Source: an uncultured Atribacterota bacterium
GTDB lineage: Bacteria; Atribacterota; Phoenicimicrobiia; Phoenicimicrobiales; Stramentimicrobiaceae
DNA length: 55,499 bases
Direction: 5' to 3'
Assembly: GCA_964485485.1 (NCBI GenBank)
Contig: CAZAJW010000328.1
Coordinates: forward strand, 1 to 55,499
This document shows, piece by piece, positions 19,852 through 29,029 of this stretch. The position numbers and the translations under genes were made by a program. Below the pieces are notes generated by a model. It made no database searches, was not told the DNA's origin, and worked only from the letters and a program-made list of their open reading frames with translations. Position 1 is the first letter of the stretch. The number at the start of each line of letters is the position of its first letter.

Positions 19852-20714
19852 TGAGCTATATCCTTTTTCATTTCCATTACTTTTTGCCGGGTAATTTTAA
19901 CGAAATCTTTTGTATCATCTATTCCTTGATGAGCAGCTATGATTCCTCGGGAAGAATTAATAACTGCATTAATGTCTTTATCAAAAATTTTTGCCAGGTC
20001 TTTACCGCTGCCACCCTGTTTCCCATAGCCGGGAATAAGGAAGAAAGTATGTTTCGCATGTTTTTTAATCATAAGAAATTCATCAGGATAGGTCAGGCCG
20101 ACTACCGAACCTATGGCATTGTACCCAAAATTTCCTCTATATTTTTTTCCCCATTCTTCAATTTTTTGGGTAATATGTATAAATAGTGGTTTACCATTTG
20201 CTTTCAGCTCTTGAAAATCTTTAGAGCCGGGATTAGATGTTTTTGCCAGTATAAAAAGTCCTTTTTCTCCGCTATCTAGGTATTTAAAATAAGGCCTTAC
20301 AGCATCTATGCCCATAAATGGATTAATAGTTAAAAAATCAGCTTCAAAATCTCCGGTAAAATGGGCTTTAGCATATTGTTCAGCGGTGGATGATATGTCT
20401 CCTCTTTTTATATCAGCGATGACAATGCCTTCTTTTTGTTTGATATAAGAGAGAGTTTTTTGATAAGCAATTAATCCTTTGATGCCGTGAGCTTCATAGA
20501 AGGCTATCTGAACTTTGTAACATGCGGTGATATCAAAAGTATTATCTATTATCGTCTTATTAAAAAGAAACATTTTATCAGTAATATTTAAACCATTATT
20601 ATTTTTTATGTAACCAGGGATAAAATCTAACTTTGTATCGAGTCCAATACATATAGGGCCTCTTTTATTGGCTAATTCATATAGTTTATCTATTATCATA
20701 TTTAATTTCTCCAT
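19842..20714 (-). CDS. pyrF: Orotidine 5'-phosphate decarboxylase (long type 2 form)
   Basis: DIKRGDI motif, 290 aa, sits in the pyr cluster. The start may be one of two nearby ATGs. Confidence 0.85.
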   Translation of the reverse strand: MEKLNMIIDKLYELANKRGPICIGLDTKLDFIPGYIKNNNGLNITDKMFLFNKTIIDNTFDITACYKVQIAFYEAHGIKGLIAYQKTLSYIKQKEGIVIADIKRGDISSTAEQYAKAHFTGDFEADFLTINPFMGIDAVRPYFKYLDSGEKGLFILAKTSNPGSKDFQELKANGKPLFIHITQKIEEWGKKYRGNFGYNAIGSVVGLTYPDEFLMIKKHAKHTFFLIPGYGKQGGSGKDLAKIFDKDINAVINSSRGIIAAHQGIDDTKDFVKITRQKVMEMKKDIAQWL

Positions 20715-21840
20715 TTTTAATAGTCATCAGCACTTCCCCGTAAACATCCTGACCTATAAAAGGTGTATTTTCTGATTTGGAATGCATTTTTTTTTCACCG
20801 ATTATATACTTTTTTGCCAGGTCTACCAGAACAAAATTCGAATTTGTTTTTTGATTAAATTTTGTTGCTCTTTTTTTTAACATATTCGATGGTGTTTCAG
20901 ACATTAATTTACTTAATAATTGAATATTTATATTAGCCCCCTTAAATAGGGTATAGACAATAGAAAAGGCGTGTTCCAATCCAATTAACCCTCGAGCTCC
21001 TTTTGACTTATCTTTTTTACTATGGGGAGCATGGTCAGTTGCAATAATATCTATTGTGCCATCAAGAACTCCCTTCAGCAATTCTTCAGTATCTTCCCTT
21101 TTTCGAAAGGGAGGATGTACTATGTAATCCAGTCCATAGCTAAATAAATGGTGTGGAGTTACCTCACAAGTAACATTCAAATTATCATTTTTAGCAGCCC
21201 GAACTAATTCAACGCTTTCTCCTTTGCTTACATGGCAGATATGTAAATTACCTCCATATTTTTTCAATAATTTCAAATCTCGCTCAATCATTTCTACTTC
21301 CGGTTCACAGTGTGTCAGTAATTTAAAATGATATTCTGAAGATGCCTGTAGAGCTCTTATCATTGTTTGTTTATTAATAATTGGTTCACCATCATTAGAG
21401 AAGAGCTGTGTATATCTAGTCATTGAATCAAAATCAACTAATTGGTTTGTATTCAGGTTCTTGGTAACAGCAGAGACAGGAATTACTTCACACATATTTA
21501 ATGACTTAGCTTTATCCAAAACATATTTAATGGTATCTGGATTGTCACAAATAGGCATTGTATTAGCCATAGGGCAAACAGTAGTAAATCCACCGGATAA
21601 TGCTGTCAGTTGTCCTGATTCCAAGTCTTCTTTATAAGTATATCCAGGGTCTCTAAAATGGCAATGCATATCTATAAAGGAGGGCATCAACACCAGTCCT
21701 TCTCCGTCAATAATCTCTGTAAAATTGTTTTTCCTGTCTAAATGCTTTATTTCACTAAAAGTATTATCAGAGATTAGAATATTTGTAGTTCTGTCTGTTT
21801 CCGTATCAATTATTCTAATTTTTTTAAATAGTATTGACAT
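20686..21840 (-). CDS. pyrC: Dihydroorotase
   Basis: DMHCHFRDPG (HxH metal motif) and ATDHAPH motif. Confidence 0.85.
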   Translation of the reverse strand: MSILFKKIRIIDTETDRTTNILISDNTFSEIKHLDRKNNFTEIIDGEGLVLMPSFIDMHCHFRDPGYTYKEDLESGQLTALSGGFTTVCPMANTMPICDNPDTIKYVLDKAKSLNMCEVIPVSAVTKNLNTNQLVDFDSMTRYTQLFSNDGEPIINKQTMIRALQASSEYHFKLLTHCEPEVEMIERDLKLLKKYGGNLHICHVSKGESVELVRAAKNDNLNVTCEVTPHHLFSYGLDYIVHPPFRKREDTEELLKGVLDGTIDIIATDHAPHSKKDKSKGARGLIGLEHAFSIVYTLFKGANINIQLLSKLMSETPSNMLKKRATKFNQKTNSNFVLVDLAKKYIIGEKKMHSKSENTPFIGQDVYGEVLMTIKNGEIKYDNR

Positions 21841-21850
21841 TGATATTTTC

Positions 21851-22273
21851 CTAGAGATTAGTTTTTTCGTGACAATATTCGCATTGATATTCTTTTGTAG
21901 ATGGATTAATCAGGGTAAATTCAATTTCTCCAACATCTTCAATGGTGCTAATGCATCTTGGGTTTTTACATTTTAATATCCCATATACTTTTCTGGGAAG
22001 CTCCAATTTTATTTTTTTCTTTTTTTGACCATTTTCAATAATATTAATAGTAACCCCTGAATCAATTAAGCCGAGTACAGTTAAATCAAGATAGATGTCA
22101 TTTTCGATTTTAATTAAGTCTTTCACTCCCATTTTATTTGAAGGAATATTTTTTAACAATACTACCGTATCTTCCAGTTTATCTAATCCCAATTGGCTAA
22201 ATATTTTGTAACCATTCCCGGATTTAATATGGTCGATTACAATACCCTTTTTTAATTTTGAAACATTTATCAT
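21851..22273 (-). CDS. pyrI: Aspartate carbamoyltransferase regulatory subunit
   Basis: 140 aa with a C-terminal zinc motif (CxNPxC ... CxYC). Immediately downstream of pyrB. Confidence 0.85.
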   Translation of the reverse strand: MINVSKLKKGIVIDHIKSGNGYKIFSQLGLDKLEDTVVLLKNIPSNKMGVKDLIKIENDIYLDLTVLGLIDSGVTINIIENGQKKKKIKLELPRKVYGILKCKNPRCISTIEDVGEIEFTLINPSTKEYQCEYCHEKTNL

Positions 22274-23193
22274 TAATTTTCTCCTTTCCCAACAATTTTG
22301 GAGATTAATGCCATCCTAACATACATTCCAAATTTTGCTTGCTTAAAATAAACTGCCCTATCATCCCGATCTACTTCTGTCGCTATTTCGTTTACTCTGG
22401 GCAAAGGATGCATGACAATCATATCATTTTTTGCCATTTTCATTATATTTATATCTAAAATATAAGAGTCTTTTAACCGGAGGTATTCTTCTTCACTAAA
22501 GAATCGCTCTTTTTGAATTCTAGTCATATATAGGATATCCAATGTATCAATGCAACTTTCTAAAGAAGAGGTTTCTTGATATCTATTATTTCCGATTTCT
22601 TCTTTTATGTATTCCGGAATTCGCAATTCTTCCGGAGATATAAATACAAAGTTAATATCCGGATACTTTAGAAGCATTTTTGTTAATGAATGAGTTGTGC
22701 GACCAAATTTTAAGTCTCCACACAATCCAATGGTAAAATCTGAGATAGGTCCCTTTAATTGGCGTATCGTCAATAAATCAGTTAAAGTTTGAGTGGGGTG
22801 TTGATGTCCACCGTCACCAGCGTTTATAATTGGAACGCTGGAATATTTCGAAGCTAGCTTGGGAGCTCCTTCTTTGGGGTGTCTCATAATAATTAAATCT
22901 GCATAGCAGGAGATAGTTTGAATAGTATCAATAAGGCTTTCTCCCTTTGATACAGAGGAAGTCATAGCATCAGCAAAACCTATCACTTGTCCTCCTAATC
23001 TAAGAATGGCAGATTCAAAACTAAATTTTGTTCTGGTAGAAGGTTCATAAAATAGTGTTGCTATTAAACATCCTTTACATAAACCAGAATAGTTCTTCTC
23101 GCTGTCAATTATTTTTCCGGCAAAAGATAATAGATCGTCAATCTCTTCCAATGAGAAATCATTTACTTCAATTAAACTTTTTCCTTCGATCAT
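22273..23193 (-). CDS. pyrB: Aspartate carbamoyltransferase catalytic subunit
   Basis: STRTR and HPTQ motifs, HPLPR motif, 306 aa. Confidence 0.92.
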   Translation of the reverse strand: MIEGKSLIEVNDFSLEEIDDLLSFAGKIIDSEKNYSGLCKGCLIATLFYEPSTRTKFSFESAILRLGGQVIGFADAMTSSVSKGESLIDTIQTISCYADLIIMRHPKEGAPKLASKYSSVPIINAGDGGHQHPTQTLTDLLTIRQLKGPISDFTIGLCGDLKFGRTTHSLTKMLLKYPDINFVFISPEELRIPEYIKEEIGNNRYQETSSLESCIDTLDILYMTRIQKERFFSEEEYLRLKDSYILDINIMKMAKNDMIVMHPLPRVNEIATEVDRDDRAVYFKQAKFGMYVRMALISKIVGKGEN

Positions 23194-23211
23194 ACGAATA
23201 ATACCTCCTTC

Positions 23212-23365
23212 TTAGTCTCGCTGGGACTAAATTAAAGATTATTTAACATAAAAAAACCTTTTCGTAAACAATACGAAAAGGTGGTATTCTGATGGTTCCG
23301 TTTATCATTCAATCTATTTGGTCGTTTTCTCATCTCTAACTACCTTTCTAGTATCTCGTACTAGA
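23212..23365 (-). promoter_or_regulatory. pyr operon leader: two PyrR-box-like hairpins flanking an intrinsic terminator
   Basis: On the minus strand the order is as follows. Hairpin TCTAGTA-CGAGA-TACTAGA (23365-23347). Terminator CCACCTTTTCGTATTGTTTACGAAAAGGTTTTTTT (23284-23250). Hairpin TTAGTC-CCAGCGA-GACTAA (23230-23212), directly before RBS GAAGGAGG. The last hairpin reads AGUCCCAGCGAGACU, which resembles the PyrR consensus ARUCCAGAGAGGYU. Confidence 0.45.
23250..23284 (-). terminator. Intrinsic terminator (attenuator) in pyr leader
   Basis: 10-bp stem CCTTTTCGTA/TACGAAAAGG with a 4-nt loop, followed by a run of 7 U on the minus strand. It lies upstream of the pyrB start. Confidence 0.6.
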
Positions 23366-23384
23366 TTAAAGATATCTTCTAAAA

Positions 23385-23414
23385 ATCATATATCACAGCA
23401 ATGCGAATTGTCAA
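23385..23414 (-). promoter_or_regulatory. Putative sigma-70 promoter of pyr operon
   Basis: The minus strand reads TTGACA-18 nt-TATGAT. Confidence 0.45.
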
Positions 23415-23498
23415 TGAAATTTTAAAGAAATGTTTCTGATATCTTCTTATCGTTGATTATTTATGGTCTTGAGAAGATTAATTAATATTGCTAAGTAG

Positions 23499-24362
23499 AT
23501 GAAAATAATTGTTTATTATATTATAATTGGTGAAGTGCTTGAAAAATATCATATATTAAAGAAACAAAAAAAACTATATGCTATATGGAGGGAAAAAATT
23601 AACATTCAATTTATTGAAACACATGCTCATCTGGATATGATTGAAAGAGAGCCGAGTGAAGTTATTGATGATGCTTTGAGAAAAGGCGTTATAAAAATTA
23701 TTTCTATTGGTATTGATTTGGAATCCAGTAGAAAGAATTCTTATTATGCGTCTCAATTTAAAAATGTGTACACTGCCATGGGTTTTCATCCCCATGAAAG
23801 CAAAAAGATGAATGATGAAGATTTTGTTCAATTAGAAAAATTGTTATCAACTCCCAAAAATATTGCCCTTGGAGAGATAGGGCTAGATTATTACTATCTG
23901 CATAGCAGCAAAGAAGAGCAGAAAAGGGCCTTTAGAGAGCAAATTGATTTAGCCAGAAGATACAATTTACCCATAATCGTTCATGATAGAGATGCACATG
24001 TAGATACTATGAAAATATTAGAAGAAAAAGCTAAAAATATGAAAGTGGTTTTGCATTGTTTTTCCGGTGACAAAAAAATGGCTGAATGGTGTGTGCAAAG
24101 AGGCTATTATTTTGGCATCGGAGGAGTAATAACTTTTAAAAATGCACGGAAATTAGCAGAAATAGTGAGAGAAATTCCTCTTGAGAATATATTATTGGAA
24201 ACAGATTCTCCTTTTCTTACTCCCATGCCATTTCGGGGAAAACCAAATGAACCCAAATATATACCGATAATTGCCGAAAAAATTGCGGAGCTGAAAGAAA
24301 AAGAGATATCTGAGATAGGCAATGTTACTACTGAGAATGCTAACCAATTTTTTGGGTTCTAG
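23499..24362 (+). CDS. tatD: TatD-family metal-dependent hydrolase/DNase
   Basis: ETHAHLD, GEIGLDY, HDRDA and ETDSPFL motifs. The first ~35 aa of the track ORF are probably not translated: TatD proteins normally begin just before the HxH motif, and a GGAGGG sits at 23586-23591. Confidence 0.8.
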   Translation: MKIIVYYIIIGEVLEKYHILKKQKKLYAIWREKINIQFIETHAHLDMIEREPSEVIDDALRKGVIKIISIGIDLESSRKNSYYASQFKNVYTAMGFHPHESKKMNDEDFVQLEKLLSTPKNIALGEIGLDYYYLHSSKEEQKRAFREQIDLARRYNLPIIVHDRDAHVDTMKILEEKAKNMKVVLHCFSGDKKMAEWCVQRGYYFGIGGVITFKNARKLAEIVREIPLENILLETDSPFLTPMPFRGKPNEPKYIPIIAEKIAELKEKEISEIGNVTTENANQFFGF

Positions 24363-24424
24363 TTCTTCAGCTTGTTGATTGTAGTATTTTGATTAACTAG
24401 ATTGTAAAAAATTTCTAACTTTGT

Positions 24425-24453
24425 TTGACATTTGAATGGTTAATAGGTAAAAT
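24425..24453 (+). promoter_or_regulatory. Sigma-70 promoter for leader peptide/ABC importer operon
   Basis: TTGACA (24425-24430), 17-nt spacer, TAAAAT (24448-24453). Confidence 0.6.
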
Positions 24454-24500
24454 ATTTTAAAATAATAAAAAATTAAGCATAATAAAAAAAGAGAATTAAA

Positions 24501-24554
24501 ATGATACAACAAGTTAATAATAATTATTATTACTACTATTATATTCCGGGGTAA
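24501..24554 (+). CDS. Tyr-rich attenuation leader peptide MIQQVNNNYYYYYYIPG
   Basis: The reading frame is ATG ATA CAA CAA GTT AAT AAT AAT TAT TAT TAC TAC TAT TAT ATT CCG GGG TAA. Six consecutive Tyr codons span 24525-24542. It sits between a consensus promoter and two terminators. The SD is weak (AGAGAA). Confidence 0.6.
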   Translation: MIQQVNNNYYYYYYIPG

Positions 24555-24602
24555 GTGCCTATCGGGTTTGGTAGTAGTAAGTAAAAGATTAGTTCTGATA
24601 CA

Positions 24603-24652
24603 AATCAACCACAGGCGTTTACCTCAGGTAAATTCCTGTGGTTGATTTTTTT
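24603..24652 (+). terminator. Leader terminator T1
   Basis: AATCAACCACAGG (24603-24615) pairs with CCTGTGGTTGATT (24635-24647), with an inner TTTACC/GGTAAA helix, followed by a U run. Confidence 0.7.
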
Positions 24653-24686
24653 AAACCACGGGTGTGTAAATCATTCGTGGTTTTTT
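24653..24686 (+). terminator. Leader terminator T2
   Basis: AAACCACG (24653-24660) pairs with CGTGGTTT (24676-24683), followed by a U run. Confidence 0.6.
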
Positions 24687-24773
24687 ATATAAGTAATAGA
24701 GAGGGGATGATAGGTGATTCAAAAAATATATTGGAATCCAATTAAAAATATTCAAAAAAAAGGAGGAAATAAA

Positions 24774-25799
24774 ATGAGAACAAATTCAAATCGTTCAGTC
24801 GTTCTTATGATTATTAGTGTGATGTTAATAATTATTGCTTTTATGGTAATGAGTGCACCTGTTTTAGCTGAACAGCTAAAAATTGGGATTAGTCAAATTG
24901 TAGAGCATCCGGCATTAGATAACTGTCGGGATGGTTTTGTAGATGGAATGGAAAAGGCAGGATACAGTACCGGTGAAGATGTTATATACGATTTTCAGAA
25001 TGCCCAGGGAGAATTTAGTAACGCTATTTCGATTGCTCAAAAATTTAAGGATGACCAGGTAGATATTATTGTGGCAATTTCTACTCCCATCGCTCAGGCT
25101 TCAGCACAGGTTACCAGTGAAATACCGATTATCATTGGGGCAATTACCGATCCGGTAGCAGCGAATATTGCTGAAAGCTGGGAAAGTTCCGGAAATAATA
25201 TAACTGGCATGTCTGATGCAGCTCCAAACGAAGCACAGTTAAAATTAATACCAAGGTTTTTTCCTCAGGCAACCAAAGTAGGAACAATTTATAATGCGGG
25301 TGAAGCCAATTCGGTGGTTCAGGTAGAACTTTCTCGAGAAATATGTCAGGATTTGGGATTAGAATTGGTTGAAGCCACAGTAAGTAATTCTAACGAGGTA
25401 TTAATGGCTGCTCAATCACTGGCTGGAAGAGTAGATGTATTTTATATAGTGACAGATAATGTTGCCGTATCAGCCATAAGCTCTATTGTTAAGGTTTCTT
25501 TGGAAGAAAAAATACCTATTATACTTGCAGACCCAACCAATGTTCCTGATGGAGGTTTTGCTTCCTTTGGAATAGATTATTTCACATTAGGTCAGAAAAG
25601 TGCTGAAAAAGCAGTTCAGGTACTTGAGGGGAAATTGCCTTCTGAAATACCTATTGGAAAATTAGAACAACCGGAAGAATTAAAATTTGTCATTAATATG
25701 GACATTGCACAACAGCTAAATCTGGAAATACCTGCCGACCTTTTAGGGGAAGCAGATTCTATTTTTCTTGGTGGTGTCAGCTGGGATCGAAGTGAATAA
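24774..25799 (+). CDS. ABC transporter substrate-binding protein, PF04392 (ABC_sub_bind) type; the family is annotated as a putative tryptophan/tyrosine transport system
   Basis: Signal/TM segment followed by LKIGISQIVEHPALD, typical of this family. I chose ATG 24774 after AAGGAGG; the track ORF starts at 24714. Confidence 0.82.
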   Translation: MRTNSNRSVVLMIISVMLIIIAFMVMSAPVLAEQLKIGISQIVEHPALDNCRDGFVDGMEKAGYSTGEDVIYDFQNAQGEFSNAISIAQKFKDDQVDIIVAISTPIAQASAQVTSEIPIIIGAITDPVAANIAESWESSGNNITGMSDAAPNEAQLKLIPRFFPQATKVGTIYNAGEANSVVQVELSREICQDLGLELVEATVSNSNEVLMAAQSLAGRVDVFYIVTDNVAVSAISSIVKVSLEEKIPIILADPTNVPDGGFASFGIDYFTLGQKSAEKAVQVLEGKLPSEIPIGKLEQPEELKFVINMDIAQQLNLEIPADLLGEADSIFLGGVSWDRSE

Positions 25800-25836
25800 A
25801 TAAGATTGTTGAGTGAGAGGGAGGAGTTAACGTAAT

Positions 25837-26766
25837 ATGAGTTTGAGCTTAGTATTTCATGCAATAGAGCAGGGACTAGTTTTTGGACTTATGGCATTGG
25901 GGGTTTATATTACTTTTCAGGTATTGGATTTTCCGGATTTGTCAGTTGATGGAAGTTTCCCTTTAGGGGGTGCTATCACTGCTAAAATAATTTTTTCAGG
26001 AGGACATCCTTTAGTAGCAATTTTCTGGGCAATAGTAGGTGGTTTACTGGCAGGGGGATTAACAGCTTTTTTTCATACCAGGCTAAAATTTACTAATTTG
26101 CTTTCTGGTATACTGACCATGACCTTGCTTTACTCAGTCAACCTGAGGATTATGGGAAAATCAAATATTCCATTATTGGGGAAAATTACAATACTAGATA
26201 ATATAAAGAGTTTGTTTCCATCACTTACGATGGATCTGTTAACTCCTTTACTCTTTTTATTTATTGTTTTGCTTGTCAAAATATTGCTGGATTATTTTCT
26301 TTCAACTGAAATAGGTATGGCGATTCGAGCAACCGGAGATAACGAGCAGATGATTTTAAGTTTGGGTGTGGATACAAAGGTAACTAAAATTATTGGCTTA
26401 TGCCTTTCTAACGGATTAGTTGCTCTCTCGGGTTCTCTTTTTGCTCAATATTCTGGATTTGCTGATGTCGGAATGGGAATCGGGACAATTGTGGCCGGGT
26501 TGGCTTCAGTAATTATCGGACGCAGTATTATTAAGAATGGTAATATTGTCTGGATGACCACCAGTGTGATTATAGGTTCAATCATTTATCGTGCAACAGT
26601 TATGATTGCGCTGAGGTATGGTTATCACTTTGGTTTCCAACCGGGAGACTTGAAGCTTATTTCAGTTGTTCTGGTAGTCATTGCTTTAACTTTTCCGCTA
26701 GTTCGGGGAAGGGTCAAAGCGATTGTAATGTCTAATGATTCAAGTTCAACGGAAAAAGAACACTAA
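25837..26766 (+). CDS. ABC transporter permease (cognate to PF04392 SBP)
   Basis: Polytopic membrane protein of 309 aa, positioned between the SBP and ATPase genes. Confidence 0.82.
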   Translation: MSLSLVFHAIEQGLVFGLMALGVYITFQVLDFPDLSVDGSFPLGGAITAKIIFSGGHPLVAIFWAIVGGLLAGGLTAFFHTRLKFTNLLSGILTMTLLYSVNLRIMGKSNIPLLGKITILDNIKSLFPSLTMDLLTPLLFLFIVLLVKILLDYFLSTEIGMAIRATGDNEQMILSLGVDTKVTKIIGLCLSNGLVALSGSLFAQYSGFADVGMGIGTIVAGLASVIIGRSIIKNGNIVWMTTSVIIGSIIYRATVMIALRYGYHFGFQPGDLKLISVVLVVIALTFPLVRGRVKAIVMSNDSSSTEKEH

Positions 26767-26780
26767 GGAGGTAATTGACT

Positions 26781-27572
26781 ATGCTTCGTTTAAGATCTGT
26801 ATATAAATGTTTTGCAAGAGGAACTTCATATGAAGTCAATGCTTTAACGGGAATTAATTTAAAAATTACAGAAGGTGATTTCGTTACTGTTATTGGCAGT
26901 AATGGGGCTGGAAAGTCAACCCTCCTGAATATCATATCCGGAACGATGTTGCCAGATAGAGGAATGATAAAAATCGATAATCAGGATGTAACTAAAAAAG
27001 CTGAGCATTGCCGAGCCAAATACATTGGACGTGTTTTTCAGGATCCACTAATGGGAACTGCTCCTTCTATGACTATAGAAGAAAACCTGGTACTTTCTAT
27101 AAAACGTTATGGTAGAGGTTTAAGACTAGGATTGAATAACAAGAGAAGAGAATTCTTCCGAAATAAACTGGCAGAGTTAGAATTAGGGCTGGAGAATATG
27201 CTATCAAAGAAAGTAGCCTTGCTTTCCGGAGGGCAAAGACAGGCTTTAACGATTTTGATGGCAACAATGTTTGATCCAAAATTACTTTTATTGGATGAAC
27301 ATACCGCCTCCCTTGATCCGGGTATTAGTAAAAAAATACAGGCTATTACTCAGGAAATTGTTAAAGAAAAAAAATTAACAACAATCATGGTAACTCATAA
27401 TATGCAAGAAGCATTAAGACTAGGTAAACGAACTATTATGATGGACCGAGGTCGTATTATACTTGATATATCCGGCAAAGAAAGGGAAAATGTTACTATT
27501 GATTATTTATTAAAACAATTTGCAAAATTAAGAAAAGAAGAATATATTGAAGATGAATTAGTATTAGCCTGA
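26781..27572 (+). CDS. ABC transporter ATP-binding protein
   Basis: Walker A GSNGAGKST, signature LSGGQRQ, Walker B LLLLDE. ATG 26781 sits 9 nt after AAGGAGG; the track uses TTG 26775. Confidence 0.9.
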   Translation: MLRLRSVYKCFARGTSYEVNALTGINLKITEGDFVTVIGSNGAGKSTLLNIISGTMLPDRGMIKIDNQDVTKKAEHCRAKYIGRVFQDPLMGTAPSMTIEENLVLSIKRYGRGLRLGLNNKRREFFRNKLAELELGLENMLSKKVALLSGGQRQALTILMATMFDPKLLLLDEHTASLDPGISKKIQAITQEIVKEKKLTTIMVTHNMQEALRLGKRTIMMDRGRIILDISGKERENVTIDYLLKQFAKLRKEEYIEDELVLA

Positions 27573-27645
27573 TTGGTTCTGACAGGTTTATTTTAATTAA
27601 AGAAAATATTTATAGCTGTTTTAAAATAGCAAAAATTATAATAGG

Positions 27646-27676
27646 AAAATCCCCGGATATTTTTGGGGATTTTTTA
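27646..27676 (+). terminator. Intrinsic terminator after ABC operon
   Basis: AAAATCCCC-loop-GGGGATTTT followed by a U run. Confidence 0.6.
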
Positions 27677-27774
27677 TTTATGATAAAATAAAATAAAAGA
27701 AAAGAAAATAAAAAAGCATTTTAAGAAAATTAACCTATTAGTATTTGATGATCAATAGAGAGCGGAGGCAGACA

Positions 27775-28983
27775 ATGACCAGGAAACTATATCATGAAAA
27801 TTCCTATCAAAGAAAATTTCGAGCAACGGTTCTTGATAAAAAGATTGAACAAGAAACTTCTGCTTTGATCCTGGATCAGTCCTACTTTTACCCAAATGCA
27901 GGGGGACAGCTTTGTGACAAGGGGGCAATTGAAGGATTACCAGTTATTGATGTTCAGGAGTTAGACGGCGATATTATCCATTATATAAAAGGCAATATTT
28001 CGATAAACCAGGGTGATATTATAACCGGAGAAATTGATTGGGAGAGCCGCTTTGACCATATGCAACAACATAGCGGGCAACATGTCTTATCAGGCGTCTT
28101 AATGTCTATTTGGCAGAAAGAGACACTATCGTTTCATATGGGTGAAGAGATATGCACACTTGATATTTCTTATACTTCTCTTGATGAAAAAAAAGTCGAA
28201 CACCTGGAAGAGATGGTAAATCAGGTAATTTATGATAATAAAATAATTCGCCAATATTATCTGGAGGACAATAATAATATTACTGGGAAATTAAGAAAAA
28301 AACAGGAATTGCATGAAAAATTACGGGTAGTTGAGATTGATAAATTTGACTTAACTGCATGTGGTGGAACGCATTGTAAAAGTACAGGAGAGATTGCAAT
28401 TATTAAAATAATCGGCTGGGAAAAACATAAAGATAAAACCAGGATATCTTTTCTTTGTGGCCATCGCGCATTTGCTGACTACCGTAAGAAACACAAGATT
28501 ATTAAGCATCTTTCAGGCTTTTTTACAGTTGGGGTTAACCAATTGGAAGAAAAAGTAGACCAATTAAGTAAAGAAAAATACGAATTAACAAAAGGATTTA
28601 ATAGAATAGAGAAGGAATTAATTCGGTATGAAGCAGAAGAATTAAAGGTAAAGTATAGTAAAAATAAAAAAGACTATTTTCTAGTTAGCAAACTATTTTT
28701 TGAAAAGTCTGTTCATCTTCTTCGGCAAATATCATTGATGTTAATTAATGAGCAAAAATGTTTAGTTATAATAGGGGCTGAAAAGCCGGAACCTGTTATA
28801 TGTTTAGCCTGTTCTCAAGATTTTAATATTCATATGGGAGAATTAGTAAAACAAATAGTGATAGAATATAATGGAAATGGCGGAGGTTCTAATTTTATGG
28901 CAGTGGGTAAACTAAAAAGCAGCGCAGATCTCTCAAAAGTTTTTAATAAGACCACTAAACTGATTTTTCAGAAAATGCAGTAA
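27775..28983 (+). CDS. alaX: Alanyl-tRNA editing protein AlaX-L type
   Basis: HxxxH motif MQQHSGQHVL and zinc motif CGGTHC of the AlaRS editing domain, plus a C-terminal DHHA1-like region. Start at ATG 27775 after GCGGAGG. Confidence 0.78.
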   Translation: MTRKLYHENSYQRKFRATVLDKKIEQETSALILDQSYFYPNAGGQLCDKGAIEGLPVIDVQELDGDIIHYIKGNISINQGDIITGEIDWESRFDHMQQHSGQHVLSGVLMSIWQKETLSFHMGEEICTLDISYTSLDEKKVEHLEEMVNQVIYDNKIIRQYYLEDNNNITGKLRKKQELHEKLRVVEIDKFDLTACGGTHCKSTGEIAIIKIIGWEKHKDKTRISFLCGHRAFADYRKKHKIIKHLSGFFTVGVNQLEEKVDQLSKEKYELTKGFNRIEKELIRYEAEELKVKYSKNKKDYFLVSKLFFEKSVHLLRQISLMLINEQKCLVIIGAEKPEPVICLACSQDFNIHMGELVKQIVIEYNGNGGGSNFMAVGKLKSSADLSKVFNKTTKLIFQKMQ

Positions 28984-29029
28984 ATAATAAGAAAATTTAT
29001 AAATTTAATTTTAGGATTACATACATGTT

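Noticed and set aside
24529-24580. Small riboswitch interpretation of the stem TTACTACTA...TAGTAGTAA enclosing CCGGGG..CGGG
   Set aside because: It does not match any riboswitch core I know (purine, preQ1, guanidine or ZTP). The in-frame Tyr-codon mini-ORF gives a simpler explanation for the same stem.
24393-24608. 71-aa minus-strand ORF overlapping the Tyr leader region
   Set aside because: It is low complexity (a run of isoleucines from the antisense of AAT/TAT repeats). The plus-strand promoter, leader peptide and terminator architecture explains the sequence.
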